Source of the DNA: Rebecca billardiae RCC1528 | Lineage: Eukaryota > Protista > Haptophyta | Direction of reading: 5' to 3' | Assembly: GCA_965240325.2 (NCBI GenBank) | Contig: OZ251223.1 | Coordinates: 4,487,644 to 4,551,643, forward strand | Length of the DNA stretch: 64,000 nucleotides | Shown here: positions 45,830 to 57,934 of the stretch, in pieces | How positions within the stretch are numbered: position 1 is the first letter of the stretch | Layout of the letters: every line of letters starts with the position of its first letter | Position numbers and translations under genes: made by a program | The notes under the pieces: model-generated | Told to the model about the DNA's origin: nothing | The model's input: only the letters and a program-made list of their open reading frames with translations | The model's database searches: none

Positions 45830-47079
45830 AAGCGCACGCGCACGCAGGGCGGCGGCGCGCCCGCGTGCGGCGCCCCCTCGCCCTCCTCCTCCTCCTCCTC
45901 CGCGCCGCGCGTCGCGACGAGCTCCGCGTGCACGGCCAGCGCCTCGCCGTGCGGCAGGAGCGGCGGCGGCCCGTCGTGCAGCAGCGCGCGCGCCGCGGCG
46001 GCCGCCTCCGCCTCCGACCACGGCGCGGCCTCCGCGCCGCCGCCGCCGGCGTGCAGCGCGCGCGCGAGCGGCGGCAGCGCGCGCAGCGCGGGCAGCACCG
46101 CCGCGGGCTGCAGCGTCATCGCGAGCAGCGCGTCCAGCGTGCCGTGCTCGAGCGGCTGCATGAAGGCGCCGTCCAGCGCCTCCCACAGGCAGGACAGCGC
46201 GGCGAGGTCGTCTGCGTCCGCGCACCCGCCGCCCGCGGAGACGCGCGCGCCGCCCGACGCGGCGGGCGTCTCGCTCGAGCAGTCGGACTCGTACCCGGCG
46301 GACGAGTCGTCGTCCTCGTCGTCCTCCTCCTCCGACTCCTCCTCAGCCTCCTCCTGCGAGTCGCGCGAGCCCGCCGCCTCGCGCCGTCTGTGCGGCGGCA
46401 GCGGCAGCAGATCGGCCGAGTCGTCAGAGCGCTCCGACGCGGCCGCGGCGCGCGCGTCCGCGCGCACGTGCGCCGCGGCCGCGCGCGCCGCCTTGCGCTG
46501 GCGCTTCTTGCGTGGCCGCTCGTCGCTGCTGCCGTCGGCGCCCGCGGCCGAGCTGCCCGCGCGGCCCCGCCGCGCGCCCGTCGGCACCGGCGCCACGCGC
46601 CGCCGTTGTCCTCGCGCGGGGGGCGGCGCGCGGCCAGCGCCCGGCGCGCGCGCGGGCAGCCGCTGCGCGAGCCGCACGCACGCGGCGCACGGGCACACGC
46701 CGTCGCACACCGGGCAGTCCCACGCGTCGGGCACGGCGCACACGGCCTCGGCGTCCTGCGCGGTGCTCGAGCTCACGCACACCTCGCAGAACGGGTGGGT
46801 GGGCGCGCCGTGCCGCACGCCGCACGCCACCCAGCGCAGGCCCGCGCGCGGGTGCTTGCACCGGTGGCAGTTGGGCACCACGTCGTGCCAGCCGGCGCAG
46901 CCGCGGCTGATCGGGCCGCCGCCGCCGCGCGCCTTGCCGCCGCCGCCCTTCGCGCCCGCCGCCGCCGCCACGCCCTCCGCCGCCTCGAGCGCGCGCTGCG
47001 CGGCGTGCGGCGCGCGCTGCAGGCCTGCGGGCGGCCGCACGATCACGACCGCGTACGCGCACGCGCCGCGCCGCGCGCT

Positions 47080-47115
<36 letters not shown>

Positions 47116-47703
47116 GGGGGGCGGCGCGAGGGGCCGCGCCCCCGCGCGCGCCGCGCCGCCGCCGCCGCCGCCGCCCTTGTGCTTCTTCGGCGGCGGCGGC
47201 CGGGCGGGGCCGCACAGCGTGCGCGGCGGCCGCACGATCACGCGCAGCAGCGGGCTGCTGGCGGGCGGCGCGGGCGGCGAGGCGGGCGGCGGCGCGGCGG
47301 CGTTCGCCACCGCCGACGCCGCGCGCGCCGCGCGCGCGCGCGAGCCGCCGACGCCGCTCGGCGCGGCGGGCGTCTCGGCCGCGCCGGCGGGCGCGGGCGC
47401 GGGCGCCGACGCGCGCCGCGAGCGCCGCGCGGACATGCGGCAGTCGGTGCACGGGCCGAGGCGGCACTTGGGGCAGCCGCCGAGCTCGTCCGGCTTGGGC
47501 GTCGCGCAGAGCAGCGACGCCGCGCCGCCCACGCTCGCCAGCTGGCCGGTCGGCACGGGCGTGAGCACGTGCAGCCGCACGCGCGCGGGCGGCGTCGGCG
47601 CGGGCACGCGCGCGGGCGAGCGCGCGGCGGCGCCGGGCGCGGCCAGATCGGCGGCGCCCGCAACATCCGCCGCCGCGCGGCGCGGGTGGCGCATCGGGGC
47701 CAT
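44394..47703 (-). CDS. chromatin protein with zf-4CXXC_R1-type zinc finger, PHD finger and acidic tail; introns 44962-45074 and 44775-44875
   Basis: CHRC..C..FCEVC..WDCPVCDGVCPCAAC; spliced PHD CAACADGGLLLCCDG|CTAAFHAQC...WYCDLC. Confidence 0.75.
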
Positions 47704-47954
47704 CGCCGCGCTCCGAGCCCGCGCGCGCGCGCCGAGGCGGGCGCGCTCAAACGAGGGGCGGCTGGGGCGACCAGTGGCGCTTCCCCTTGGCTCCGCACGC
47801 GCGCCGCCCGCCGGCCGCCTTGGCATTTGAGTTGGGCTCTGGCACGATGGCGCCCGGCGTTCGAGCGCTCCCGGCGTCCGGGCTGGGGCCTGGCAGGGCG
47901 GTGGGGGCGCGCGCGCCTCTCCCGGACGCACGCGCGCCACCTGCGCTCTCGCCC

Positions 47955-49184
47955 ATGGTGCACGCGGCGAAGCGCCCGCGCCACGCGCTGCGGCTGGACA
48001 AGGCGCTCGAGGGCGTGCGCGCGGCGCGCGTGGTGGGCTCGCTCGTCGCGTCGAGCGCGGCGATCGGCACGCACGACGGCACCTTCCACTGCGACGAGGC
48101 GCTCGCGTGCGCGATGCTCAAGCTGCTGCCCGCGTTTGCCGAGCACGCGGTCGTGCGCACGCGCGACGAGGCGGTGCTCGCGCAGTGCGAGCCCGTGGTC
48201 GACGTGGGCGGCGTGTATGACCCGTCGGCGCAGCGGTACGACCACCACCAGCGCGGCTTCACGCACACGCTCGACGAGCTCGGCTTTGGCACGAAGCTGT
48301 CGTCGGCGGGGCTGGTGTGGCGGCACCACGGCAAGGAGGTGCTGCGCGCGATCGGCAGCACGCTCGACGCGCCGCCGGAGGACGCGGCCATCGACGTGCT
48401 GTACAAGAAGGTGTACAAGGATTTCGTCGAGCACATCGACGGCATCGACAACGGCATCGAGGCCGCCGACGGCGCGCCCAACTACGCGGTGACGACGACG
48501 CTCTCCCGGCGCGTCGGCCGTCTGAACGCGCCGTGGAACGAGAGCGCCTCGGCCGAGGAGGTGAACGCGCTCTTCAAGCACGCGATGGAGCTCACGGTGC
48601 GCGCGCGCACCGCGCGCCCGCCCGCGCGCGCGCGCGCGCCCGCGTCGTCCGAGCGCGCCCCTGCGTGCGCCTGCTCCGTGCGGCTGTGCGTGCGGCGGTG
48701 CGCGCTGCAGGGCGTGGAGCTGGGCGAGTGCGTGCTCGGGCTGCTGGCCGAGTGGTGGCCCGCGCGCCAGCTCGTCGTGCAGGCGCTCGACGAGGCGGAG
48801 GCGCGCGCCGCCGCGTCGGGCGCGGCGGCGGACGAGGCGTCCATCGTCGTCCTGCCGCACTTCTGCCCGTGGCCCGCGCACCTGCTCGAGCTCGAGGCCG
48901 AGCGCGGGTGCGTGGGGCGCAGCGTGTACGTCCTCTTCCAGGACTCCAAGGGCGGCTGGCGCGTGCAGGCGGTGCCGCAGGCGGAGGGCTCGTTCAGCTC
49001 GAGGCTGCCGCTGCCGGAGCCGTGGCGCGGCGTGCGCGGCGCGCAGCTCTCCAAGCTGCTCGGCCTCGAGGGCTGCGTCTTCGTCCACGCCGCCGGCTTC
49101 ATCGGCGGGCACGAGACCAAGGAGGGCGCGCTCACGATGGCGCGCGCCGCGCTCGCGCACGCACGCGATGCGCGCCAGCAGTAG
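47955..49184 (+). CDS. MYG1: MYG1 exonuclease (UPF0160); intron 48597-48710
   Basis: IGTHDGTFHCDEALA, VDVGG, YDHHQ, KLSSAGL, IDGIDNG, PLPEPWRG, FVHAAGFIGG. Confidence 0.92.
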   Translation: MVHAAKRPRHALRLDKALEGVRAARVVGSLVASSAAIGTHDGTFHCDEALACAMLKLLPAFAEHAVVRTRDEAVLAQCEPVVDVGGVYDPSAQRYDHHQRGFTHTLDELGFGTKLSSAGLVWRHHGKEVLRAIGSTLDAPPEDAAIDVLYKKVYKDFVEHIDGIDNGIEAADGAPNYAVTTTLSRRVGRLNAPWNESASAEEVNALFKHAMELTVRARTARPPARARAPASSERAPACACSVRLCVRRCALQGVELGECVLGLLAEWWPARQLVVQALDEAEARAAASGAAADEASIVVLPHFCPWPAHLLELEAERGCVGRSVYVLFQDSKGGWRVQAVPQAEGSFSSRLPLPEPWRGVRGAQLSKLLGLEGCVFVHAAGFIGGHETKEGALTMARAALAHARDARQQ

Positions 49185-49912
49185 CGCCCGCCCGGCGCCG
49201 CCGCCTGCGCCCGCTGCGGCCGGCGCGCACGGGCCGCGCGCACGGGCCCCGCGCGCGCGCCCGTGAGTCGTCGCCTCGCGCCCTTGCCGCCGCCGCCGAG
49301 TGCGGGCCGGCGGCGGTCCTCTGACTGTCGTCGAGTGGGAGCCTGGCGCATGACCAGACGTGTCGTGCTGATCATGATCACTCGGTGCAGCGGCGCGGCG
49401 CGGCCTTGCATGCTCACAGTCGGTGATGATTCTTGTCTATGATGACGACGCGGATGATTCTGAGTCGTGGCGGTGCATGCATCATGGCGCTATATATACT
49501 CAGGGCACGCAGCTGCAAGCATCATCATCAGCGCGTCGTAGCAGCCATCAGAGTCGTATCGCGTTACAGCAGTAGTCATCGCGTCATGAGTCATCGTCGT
49601 ACCCATCATCAGTCAGCAGCGACAGCGCGCGATGCTCAGCGTCTGCTGCTGAGATGACGGACGGACGATGAGACGGCTCGGACGACGGCCGGGGGCTGGA
49701 CGCGCGAGCTGCCGGCAGCTCGGCCCGACGGGGTGTGCGGTGGCGACTGGGTGTGCGTGCGTGCGGCGCAGAGCCGCGCGGTAGTGGACACGGGTGCGCA
49801 CGCCCGCGTGCGCGGGGCGTGCGCGGCGGCACACGGTGCCGCGGCGCGGCGTGCGGCGGGGCGGCCGCACGCCGCGCGGGGGCGCGCGGGGCGCGAGGCG
49901 CGCGCGCCCCGC

Positions 49913-51492
49913 TCAGGCGATGTGCGTGCCCTTGAGCGTGTCGCCCTCGTTGAGCGTCTCCGTCGGCACGTGCTTGAGCAGCTTGAGCTTCTCGAGGATC
50001 GCGAACGTGTTGGGCGACTGGTTGAGCGTGTAGAAGTGCAGGCCTGCGCGGGGAGGCGCCGCGGCGGCGCGCGGCGCGTCAGCGGCCGCTCGGCGCGGGC
50101 TGCACGGCGGCGCGCGCCGCGCGCCGCGCGCCGCGCACCGTCGACGAGCCCCGACGCGAGGAGCTTGGCGCACAGGTCGGCGACGTACTGCAGGCCCATC
50201 GCCTTGAAGCCCTCGGCGTCGTCCTTGAGCGCGTCGCACTTCGCCTTGAGCTCGTCGGGCACGCGGCTCTTGCAGAAGGCGGTCATGCGCGAGAAGCCGC
50301 CCGCGTTGGCGATCAGCATCATGCCGGGCAGGATGGGCGCCTTGATGCCGCGCGCGCGCACGGCGTGGACGAAGGCCTCGAACACCTCGAAGTCGAAGAA
50401 CATCTGCGTGATGATCGCGTCGCCGCCCGCGTCGATCTTCGCCTTGAGGTAGTCGAGCTCGCGCTCAAAGTCCGCGTCGGAGCAGACGAACTGCTTGCCG
50501 TCGACCGTGACGAGCCGCTTCTTCTCCGCCTCAGACAGCGGCCGGCCGAGCGCCTCGACCGGCTTGATCACGTCCGGGTGGCCCTCGGGGTAGCCCGAGA
50601 CCTGGATGCCGAACCAGTCGCCGAAGCCGGCGCGGATGTACTTGACCAGGTCGAGCGCGCACTCGAAGCCGCCCTCGACCGCCTCCCACTTCTCCTGCCC
50701 CTTGGGCGGGTCGCCGCGCAGCGCCACAATGTTGCGGATGCCGTGCCGCTTCGCCTCGCGCAGCGCCTCGCCGCACAGCGCGGGCGCCTGGTTGGTGCAC
50801 GTGAGGTGCATGTTGATGTCGAGGCCGAAGCGGCGGTACGCCTCGACGCACAGGTCCATCGTGAGCTGGCTCGTGCTGCCGCCCGCGCCCCACGTGAAGT
50901 CGAAGAAGAGCGGCTGCTGCTTGGCCATCACGTCGAGCGTCTTGTACAGCGTCTCCACGCCCGCGGCCGTCTTGGGCGGGAAGTACTCGAAGGAGACGTA
51001 GGGCTCGCCCGGGTGCTGCTTCGCCCAGACGGCGAGCTTGTCCGAGATCTTCTCGCACTTGTGCAGCACCGGCTCCGTCAGCTCGGACGGCGCGAAGAAG
51101 GCGCTCGCCTCCGCGCGCGCGGCGGCCGCGTCCGCGGCCGGCTCGACGACCGCCGACGACGCCGCCGAGCCGAGGTCGCCGCGGAGCGTGCCGGGCGCGC
51201 ACTCGAGCGGGGCGGTCGAGGCACCGGCCATCGAGAGCGCCGCGCGCACCGCGCCCTCGCCCATCACGACGAGCGACACCGCCGCGCCCGCGATGAGCGC
51301 GCTGACGCGCGCGTCGTTGTCCGCGTCGGCCGCGCCGTACCGCTCGGCCGCCTGCGGCTTGGTCACGTGGACCATCTTGAGGCCGATCACGGCGAAGCCG
51401 CGGCGCTCGAAGCGGCCGACCACCTCGGCCACCTGGCCGCGCGCCACCACGTCGGGCAGCACCAGGATCGTCGTGAACTCGTCCGCCGGCAT
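49913..51492 (-). CDS. MTHFR: methylenetetrahydrofolate reductase with an N-terminal degenerate NDP-kinase domain; intron 50044-50138
   Basis: MTHFR motifs SFEYFPPKT, TWGAGG, MHLTC, ALRGDPP, GYPEGHP, ITQMFFD, G|LHFYTLN. The N-terminal part (TTILVLPDVVARGQVAEVVGRFERRGF...APGTLRGD...SAFF) is NDK-like. Confidence 0.9.
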
Positions 51493-51762
51493 CGTCGTCG
51501 CTGTGCGTGCGTGGGGATGAGATGCGCGTCCAACCGAATTGCACGGCGACGGCAAGCAAAGCCGGGCGTGGGATTTCGCGTAGATTCTTTCCGCGCGGCC
51601 ACGCGGCCGCGGGGCAGTGCCGCTGAGCAGCGGCGGTGCCGCTCGCAAGCCGCAAGTCCGTGCCGAACGGTCGCCCGGCCCGGACTCGCGCCCCCTCGCC
51701 CCTCGGCGTGCGCGCTGAACGGGCGCAGCGGCAGCGCGGGCCGACGACAAAGCGCGAGCAGC

Positions 51763-52750
51763 ATGGGCGTCAGCGCCGTCGCGGCGGCTCTCGTGGCGTG
51801 CGCGGGCGTGGCGTCGCCGCCGCAGCGGCTGGCGCTGCCGCGCGCGGCGGCGCCCAGCCGCGCGCGCCCCGCGATGGTCTCCGCCGGCGCGGCCTCCAAC
51901 GTTGACGGCGCGCGCATCGGCCCGCCGCCCGACCTGCCCTCGCTGCTGCTGCACAACCGCATCGTGTACGTCGGCACCGGCCTCGTGCCGCAGGTGACCG
52001 AGCTGATCGTCGCGCAGCTGCTCTACCTGCAGGCACGCGCGCCCCGCCGCGCGCCTCGCCGCCGCGTCGACCGCCGCCGGCCGGCCGCGGCCGCGCGCGC
52101 GGCGGCTCCTCACGCGCGCGCGCCGCGCGCCGCGGCCGCGCGCGCGCGCCCGGCGCGCGCGCAGTTCGAGTCTGCGGAGAAGCACTACTTCATGTACATC
52201 AACTCGCCGGGCACCGCCTCGCGCGACGGCATGTCCGGCTTCGAGACCGACGCCTTCGCCATCGCCGACACCATGCGGTACATCAAGCCCGAGGCGCACA
52301 CCGTCTGCCTGGGCATGGCGTACGGCACGGCGGCGATGCTGCTGGCGACCGGCGCCAAGGGCAAGCGCGCGTGCCTGCCCAACTCGGTGATCATGCTGCA
52401 CCAGCCGCGCTCGCGCACGCAGGGGCAGGCGTCGGACATCGCGCTGCGCGCCAAGGAGGTGCTGTACAACCGGCGCGTGCTCGCGCAGATGCTCTCCGAG
52501 CGCAGCAGCCGCGACGTGGAGCGCGTGCTCGCAGACATGGGCCGCACCAAGTACCTGAGCGCAGCGCAGTGCGTCGAGTACGGCATCGTCGACAAGGTGC
52601 TCGAGACGACGCAGGTGCGGGCGGACGGCGCCGCGCGGGGCGGGCGGCCGGGCGGCGCGGCGTGCCGACGCGCGCCACCCCGCCCCCGCCCCCTTCCGCG
52701 CGCGCGCGCAGGAGCTGCCGGCAGTGCCCACCTTCCTCGACAAGCTCTGA
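51763..52750 (+). CDS. clpR: plastid Clp protease non-catalytic subunit (ClpR-type); introns 52033-52164 (GC-AG) and 52615-52711
   Basis: PPPDLPSLLLHNRIVYVG, IVAQLLYLQ, MYINSPG with ClpR-type insertion. GMAYGTA lacks the catalytic Ser. Signal/transit leader ending RARPAM. Confidence 0.88.
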
Positions 52751-53607
52751 CTCTGAGGGGCGGACTGCGGCTGTGCCTGTCTGCCCGAGGCTTGCGGGAG
52801 GGAGCCGCGCGCGCGCACACACCGTCCGCGCCGGGGCGCACGGCAGCACGGCGCCCTGCCGGGCGCTGCCGCCGCCGCCGTCGCCGGCCGCACCGGCCCG
52901 CGCGCGCGCGTGGCCCGGTGTCGAGCTACATGGCATTCGGCGGCGGAGTCCTCGGCATCGTCAGAGCGCGAGATCTATCGTCCTGCCGTCGCGACGGCTG
53001 GACCTCCGCGCAGCAATCGGACGGCGCGGTGACTAGTGGCCCGGCGACGATTAAGTATGATGGGCGGCCGTCAGTGGCTGACAAGGCCCGCTGCGCCGTT
53101 TCGGTCGATTGATGCGTGAGCGACCCTGGCAGGCGGTGCGCCAGTCGTGGCGTCGCGGCAAATATATTATTATTATTCATATCTGCTTGCTTATTCGCGG
53201 CATGCCGCGCGTCGATCTCTAAGAAAATAATACATACTACGACTAGATCCGTCAGACTCGCAGCCGCCGCAGGCTGAGGCAGCCAGTCTGCGCGCCGCCG
53301 GTGCCGGCCGCGCCGCAGTTGTCAGCTCAGACTGCGGGGGCGGGCACACGATCGGCGGCGTGGCTGGCACGCCGCCGGCGACGCGGGCCGCACCACGGCG
53401 CCGAAGCACGTCGCGAGCGGCCACGGCGCGTGCTGGAGCCGCGGGAGTGCGGGCGCTCGGCCCGGCGGCGCGCGCCGCGCGCAAGCGCGCTGCGCCGCGC
53501 AGCTGCGCAGCGGCGGCAGAGCTGCCGGCCGCGGCGCGTCATGCTCGAGAGGGCGTGCGGCGCGTCGCGCGAGGCGGGCGGCGCGCCGGCCGCCCCGCGC
53601 GCGCCGC

Positions 53608-55424
53608 TCAGTAGAGTCCGGGGATGAAGGTGTACGGCACCTGCTCGCAGTAGCGCACCCAGTCCTGCTTGTACTTGGCCGCGCACCGCTGCTGGTCGCG
53701 GTGCGCGCGGTGGATGATCATCGCGAGGAAGAAGACGAAGTAGAAGTACGGGATGAACGAGTCGAAGCCGCAGATCAGACCCCACGAGAGCGCCTGCACG
53801 CCGAGCGCCGCGCGTCGCGTCGCGCGTCGCGCGCCGTCAGCCGGGGCGCGCGCGCGAGAGAGAGAGCCGTGGGCGCGCGCGCGCGTGATTGGTCCTCTTT
53901 TGCGCGCACCATGCCAATGTCTGCGCTGTAGTTCACCTTCCGCGCCACACCCCACCAGCCGCTCACGAGGAGCTTGGGCCCCGCCTCGGTCTGGATGTAG
54001 CGGGGCTCCTGCGCGCACGCCGCCGCCGCCGCCGCCGCCGCCGCCGCGCGCGGGCATGTGAGCGTCGGCAGCCGCGCGCGTGCGCGCGTGGCCGGGCGCG
54101 GCGGCGGCGGCGGCCCTCCGCTCGGCCGAGCGCCGCAGCGCCCACCGCCGCGCGTTCCGCGCCGCGCGCGCGCCGCGCACCTTGATGACGCGCCACGGGA
54201 GCCACGGCAGGTAGAGGCCGATTCGGTCTCTGAACGTGCCCTCCCGCTGCATGCGGAAGTAGCAGCGCTGCGAGTTGCTCGTGTCCCACACGTAGTAGGA
54301 GAAGAGCAGCAGCGCGAAGCAGCCCGCCGTGTACCACGCAGAGTGCTCAAACGGCGGGCGCGACGCGAGGTAGACCGACTGGTAGCAGTAGGTGAAGGGC
54401 ACGCCCGCGAGGTTCCAGAAGATGAGCATCCAGCCCCACTTCTCGTAGAAGATGTCCCACGTGACGGGGATCCCCTCCTCGCCGCGCATGATCGTGTGCG
54501 TGTACAGCCCGTGCGCGAGCACCATGAAGGCCATCGGCCAGCTCACGGTGCCGTGCTGCTCGAGCTGCCGCAGCGCCGCCGAGAGCGTGAGGAGGAAGAG
54601 CACGATCCACGAGACGCGCGCCTCGGTGAACATCTTGAGGTCGAGCGGCCCGATCCGCGGGTTGAGCGGCGCGCCCATGAAGAAGTCGTACAGGTGCAGC
54701 CCCGTCATGCGGTGCGTGGTGCCGCAGAGGAACGCGCCCGCGTACGCGCCCAGCGCGCACACGTCCGCGACCACGATCGCGCTCGTCATGTACCCGCCCA
54801 GCTCGTGCATGATGATGGAGAGCTCGAACGTCTTCGAGGTGTGCAGCCAGTACAGCGCGAGCAGCGACGCCGTCCAGCAGCCCAGGCCGTTGCAGCAGTA
54901 CGACAGCCGCTTGCCCCCCAGGTGCGCGAGAGGGTAGCCCTGCACCATGTGCCCGGGCATCAGCGCGCCCAGCACGCCCTGCGCAAAGATGAAGGCGACG
55001 TACGCGCCCACCGCGCGCCATGTGGGCTTGCACTCCGCCAGCACCTTGGTCCACATGTCGCCCCAGTCGCTGATCACCAGCGACGACCCTGCGTGGCCGC
55101 GCGCGCGCGCGGCGGCGGGCGGCGGGCGGCGGGCGGCGGCGGCGGCGGGCGAGGTGAGCCGACCGCGCGCCCGCCGGACCGCGCGCGATCGCGCGCGCGC
55201 GCGCGCAGCGCCGAGCGGGCGTCGCGCGCACCGTTGTGCACCATGCAGTACCAGAAGTAGTAGAGCTGCAAGTGCGACCACACCATGATGGCGATTGCGC
55301 CGGGCGTGCCGCCAAACTCGAGCCCCTCCACCTTTGCCTCGGCCGCGGCAGCCTTCGCGCCGCCGTTGCGCGCGTCGGCCCCATTCTGGGCGGGCTGCAC
55401 CCGCTGCTGCGCGCCGTTACTCAT
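53608..55424 (-). CDS. ERG4: Delta24(24(1))-sterol reductase (ERG4/ERG24 family); introns 55089-55231, 54009-54180, 53794-53909
   Basis: EFGG, LNPRIGPLDLKMF, GEEGIPVTWDIFYEKWGWMLIFWNLAGVPFTY (ERG4-type), LLVSGWWG, HRAHRD..C..KY..W..YC..VPY. Confidence 0.85.
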
Positions 55425-55860
55425 GCTCGCCGCCGCGCAGCCCCCCGCCGCGCGCCCCTGCCGGTCGCTGTCGCGTCGGCGCGCGACGTGCCGCGGTGAT
55501 GAGTATGGCACGCTCGGGATGCGGCCACCGCTGCGATGCTCCTGCGGATTCTGGCGCGAGTAGACCTTGCGCGCACTCGCGCGACGGAACCCAATTGCGC
55601 TCGTCTCTTCGCCCCTCGCCGCTTCGCGCACAAGGGCGGCGTCCGGCCGGAGCAGCCGGAATCTCCTTCTGCCTGCAAGAGCGCGCGCTTTTTTTATCTC
55701 GCGCGCGGCGCCATTTCTTTTACCGCCGCGCGTTTATTCCGGCTGCTGCGCTACGCCTCCCGCAAGTGCTTTGCTGCTGCCGCGCGCACCCATCCGGCGC
55801 GCCAGGGCGCGCGCGAGCAAGAGGGCGCCGCCCGCGCCGCAGCGGCATCGCCGCCGTCAC

Positions 55861-57592
55861 TCACTCCGCGTCGGAGCCGCCGCCGTCCTCCGCCGGCTGC
55901 GGCTCCGGCTCTGCGTCCGGGGCGGCAGCAGGCGGAGCAGAGTGAGAGGGCGTGGAGTTGTACCCGATCAGCTCGCGCGCGGGCCCGGCGGCCACGAGCT
56001 GGTGCCGCGCCTCGCGCGCGCTCGCCTCGGCCTCGTTCGCCGCGCGGCGCGTGAGCGTGAGCGCGCTCGGCCGCAGCTCGTTCAGCCCCGAGGCCGCGCG
56101 CTCTGCGAGCGAGCGCCTGGTGAGCTCGAGCCTGCCGCTCACCTCGTTGTACAGCGCAGCAGCGGAGCCCCCGCCCCCGTCCTCGGGGCCCCCGCCCTCG
56201 GGCGCGGAGAGGACGAGCAGGTAGGTGGAGCCGTCGAGCGGCTTGAGCTCGTGCGCGTACTCGCGCACCCACTCGAGCGGCCGCGGCGCGCCCTCCGCGC
56301 CGCCGCCCGCGCGCGGCACCATGTAGGCCACGATGCCGCCGCCCGCGCCGCCGTCGGCCGCGGGCAGAGCGTACCCCTGCGGCCGGGCGGCAGGGCGGCG
56401 CGCACACCCACCACGCGCGCGGCGCGGCGCGGCGCGTGAGGGCGGCGCGGCGGGCGGGCACGCGGCGCGGCGGGGCCGCGCGCGCGCACCTTGGCGAACG
56501 CGCGCGCCACGTCGGCGGGCGGCTTGCCCGGCGCGTCGAGCCCGTCGGCGGGGTCCCCGTCGAAGCGCACGTGCGTGTACGCGTTGGGCCAGCAGCGCGC
56601 GTCTGGCAGCACGGGCATCACGCTCAGCGGGCGCAGCTCGGGGTGCAGCGGGTGCGTGGGGCCGGCGCCGTCGCACTCGCGCGACACCGCCTCGAACGAG
56701 GCGTCGATCGCGTCGATCCGCGCGGCGAGCGTCGGCTTGGTCAGCTCGGCGAGCGCGCCGCCCGCCGCCGCCGCCTCGGCCGAGCTGCGCGCGCGCGCGC
56801 GCGCGCGCGGCGCGCGGCGGCGCGCGTGAGCGCGGCGCGGCGGCGCGCGCGGCGCGCGTGAGCGCGCGCGCACCTCTGCTGCTGCAGCGCCGGGTGCACC
56901 CCGCGCTGCTGCGTGTCGTACAGGTTGTTCCCCAGGTACACGTGCCGCCGCAGCCACGGCACGTGCAGCTCGCCCAGCGCGCTGCGGCCGCGCGTCGGCC
57001 CGCCGCCCTTGGGCGCCGCGCCCGCCGGCTTGTCGTCCAGACCGCCGATCGGCGCGAGCAGCGCGGCGTCGGCGGGCGCGAGGTGCGCGGTGGACGCCGC
57101 GCGCTCGTCCGCCGCGCCCGGCTCGTTGCGCAGCTCGGGCCTCGGCGCGAACGCGTGCGGCAGCACGAGGTCGGCCGCCACGCCCAGGTCGGGCTCGGGC
57201 AGCACCTCCCACGCGTGCGACGCCTCGAGCGAGGTGGCAAAGTCGTACGCGGAGAGGCGCTCGGCGTCGGCGGGGGCGCGCAGCAGCTTGAGCTCGGCCG
57301 GCGGCGGCGGCAGCGCGTTGGCGAACGGCATCGGGCACAGGAAGTCGGAGCGCGGCCGCGTGGCCGAGCCGTCGGCGGACGAGCGCGCGGGCACCGTCTC
57401 CGACGACGACGCGCCCGGCCGGCGCGCGCCGCCGCCGCCGCCGCCGCCGGAGGCGGAGGGGCGCGGCGCGGCGGACGGGCGCGGCGGCGCCTCCTCGCGC
57501 GGCCGCTTGCCGCCCGGCGGCGGCGGCGGCGGCGGCGCGCCGCGCGCCGCCGCGGCGGACGCGGACGCGGCGGCGGCGGCGGCGGCGGCGGC

Positions 57593-57623
<31 letters not shown>

Positions 57624-57736
57624 AGCGCGGTCGGCGGCGGCGCGCCCGGCGGCGGCGGCGGCGCGCCCGGCGGCGGCGGCGCGGACTGCGGCGGCCGTGG
57701 CGGCGGCGGCGGCGGCGGCAGCGCCGTCGACGACAT
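55861..57736 (-). CDS. PAF1: RNA polymerase II-associated factor 1 with Pro-rich N-terminus; introns 56785-56873 and 56377-56489
   Basis: FLCPMPFANALPPPP, TSLE, DLGVAADL, VPWLRRHVYL, IDASFE..HPLHPELRPLSVMPVLPD, WVREY. Confidence 0.8.
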
Positions 57737-57934
57737 GCCGCCGCGCGCTCCTCGGGGGGGGGGCTCGGCGCGCGCTCGCGGCGATCGAGCTCGGCGGTCG
57801 GCACGAGGGCCGCCCCTGCTTGGGGTCAGCACACACGCAGCCTACCAACAGTACAAGAGAGCAGGGTTTCGTCGGCCCCGTACTGTATATCGTCGTCTTG
57901 ATCCCGAGCGACGGGCGGCGCGCGCGCGGGCGCC

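Noticed and set aside
44369-48492. Very long + strand ORFs (1153 and 1222 aa) and similar R/A/G/P-rich ORFs throughout
   Set aside because: Shadow frames produced by extreme GC content opposite or overlapping real genes; no domain motifs.
49636-53112. Apparent giant fusions spanning ClpR and MTHFR (ORFs 49636..52893 and 50365..53112)
   Set aside because: Stop-free read-through across a divergent promoter. The real starts are 51492 (-) and 51763 (+). Only the NDK-MTHFR join is supported.
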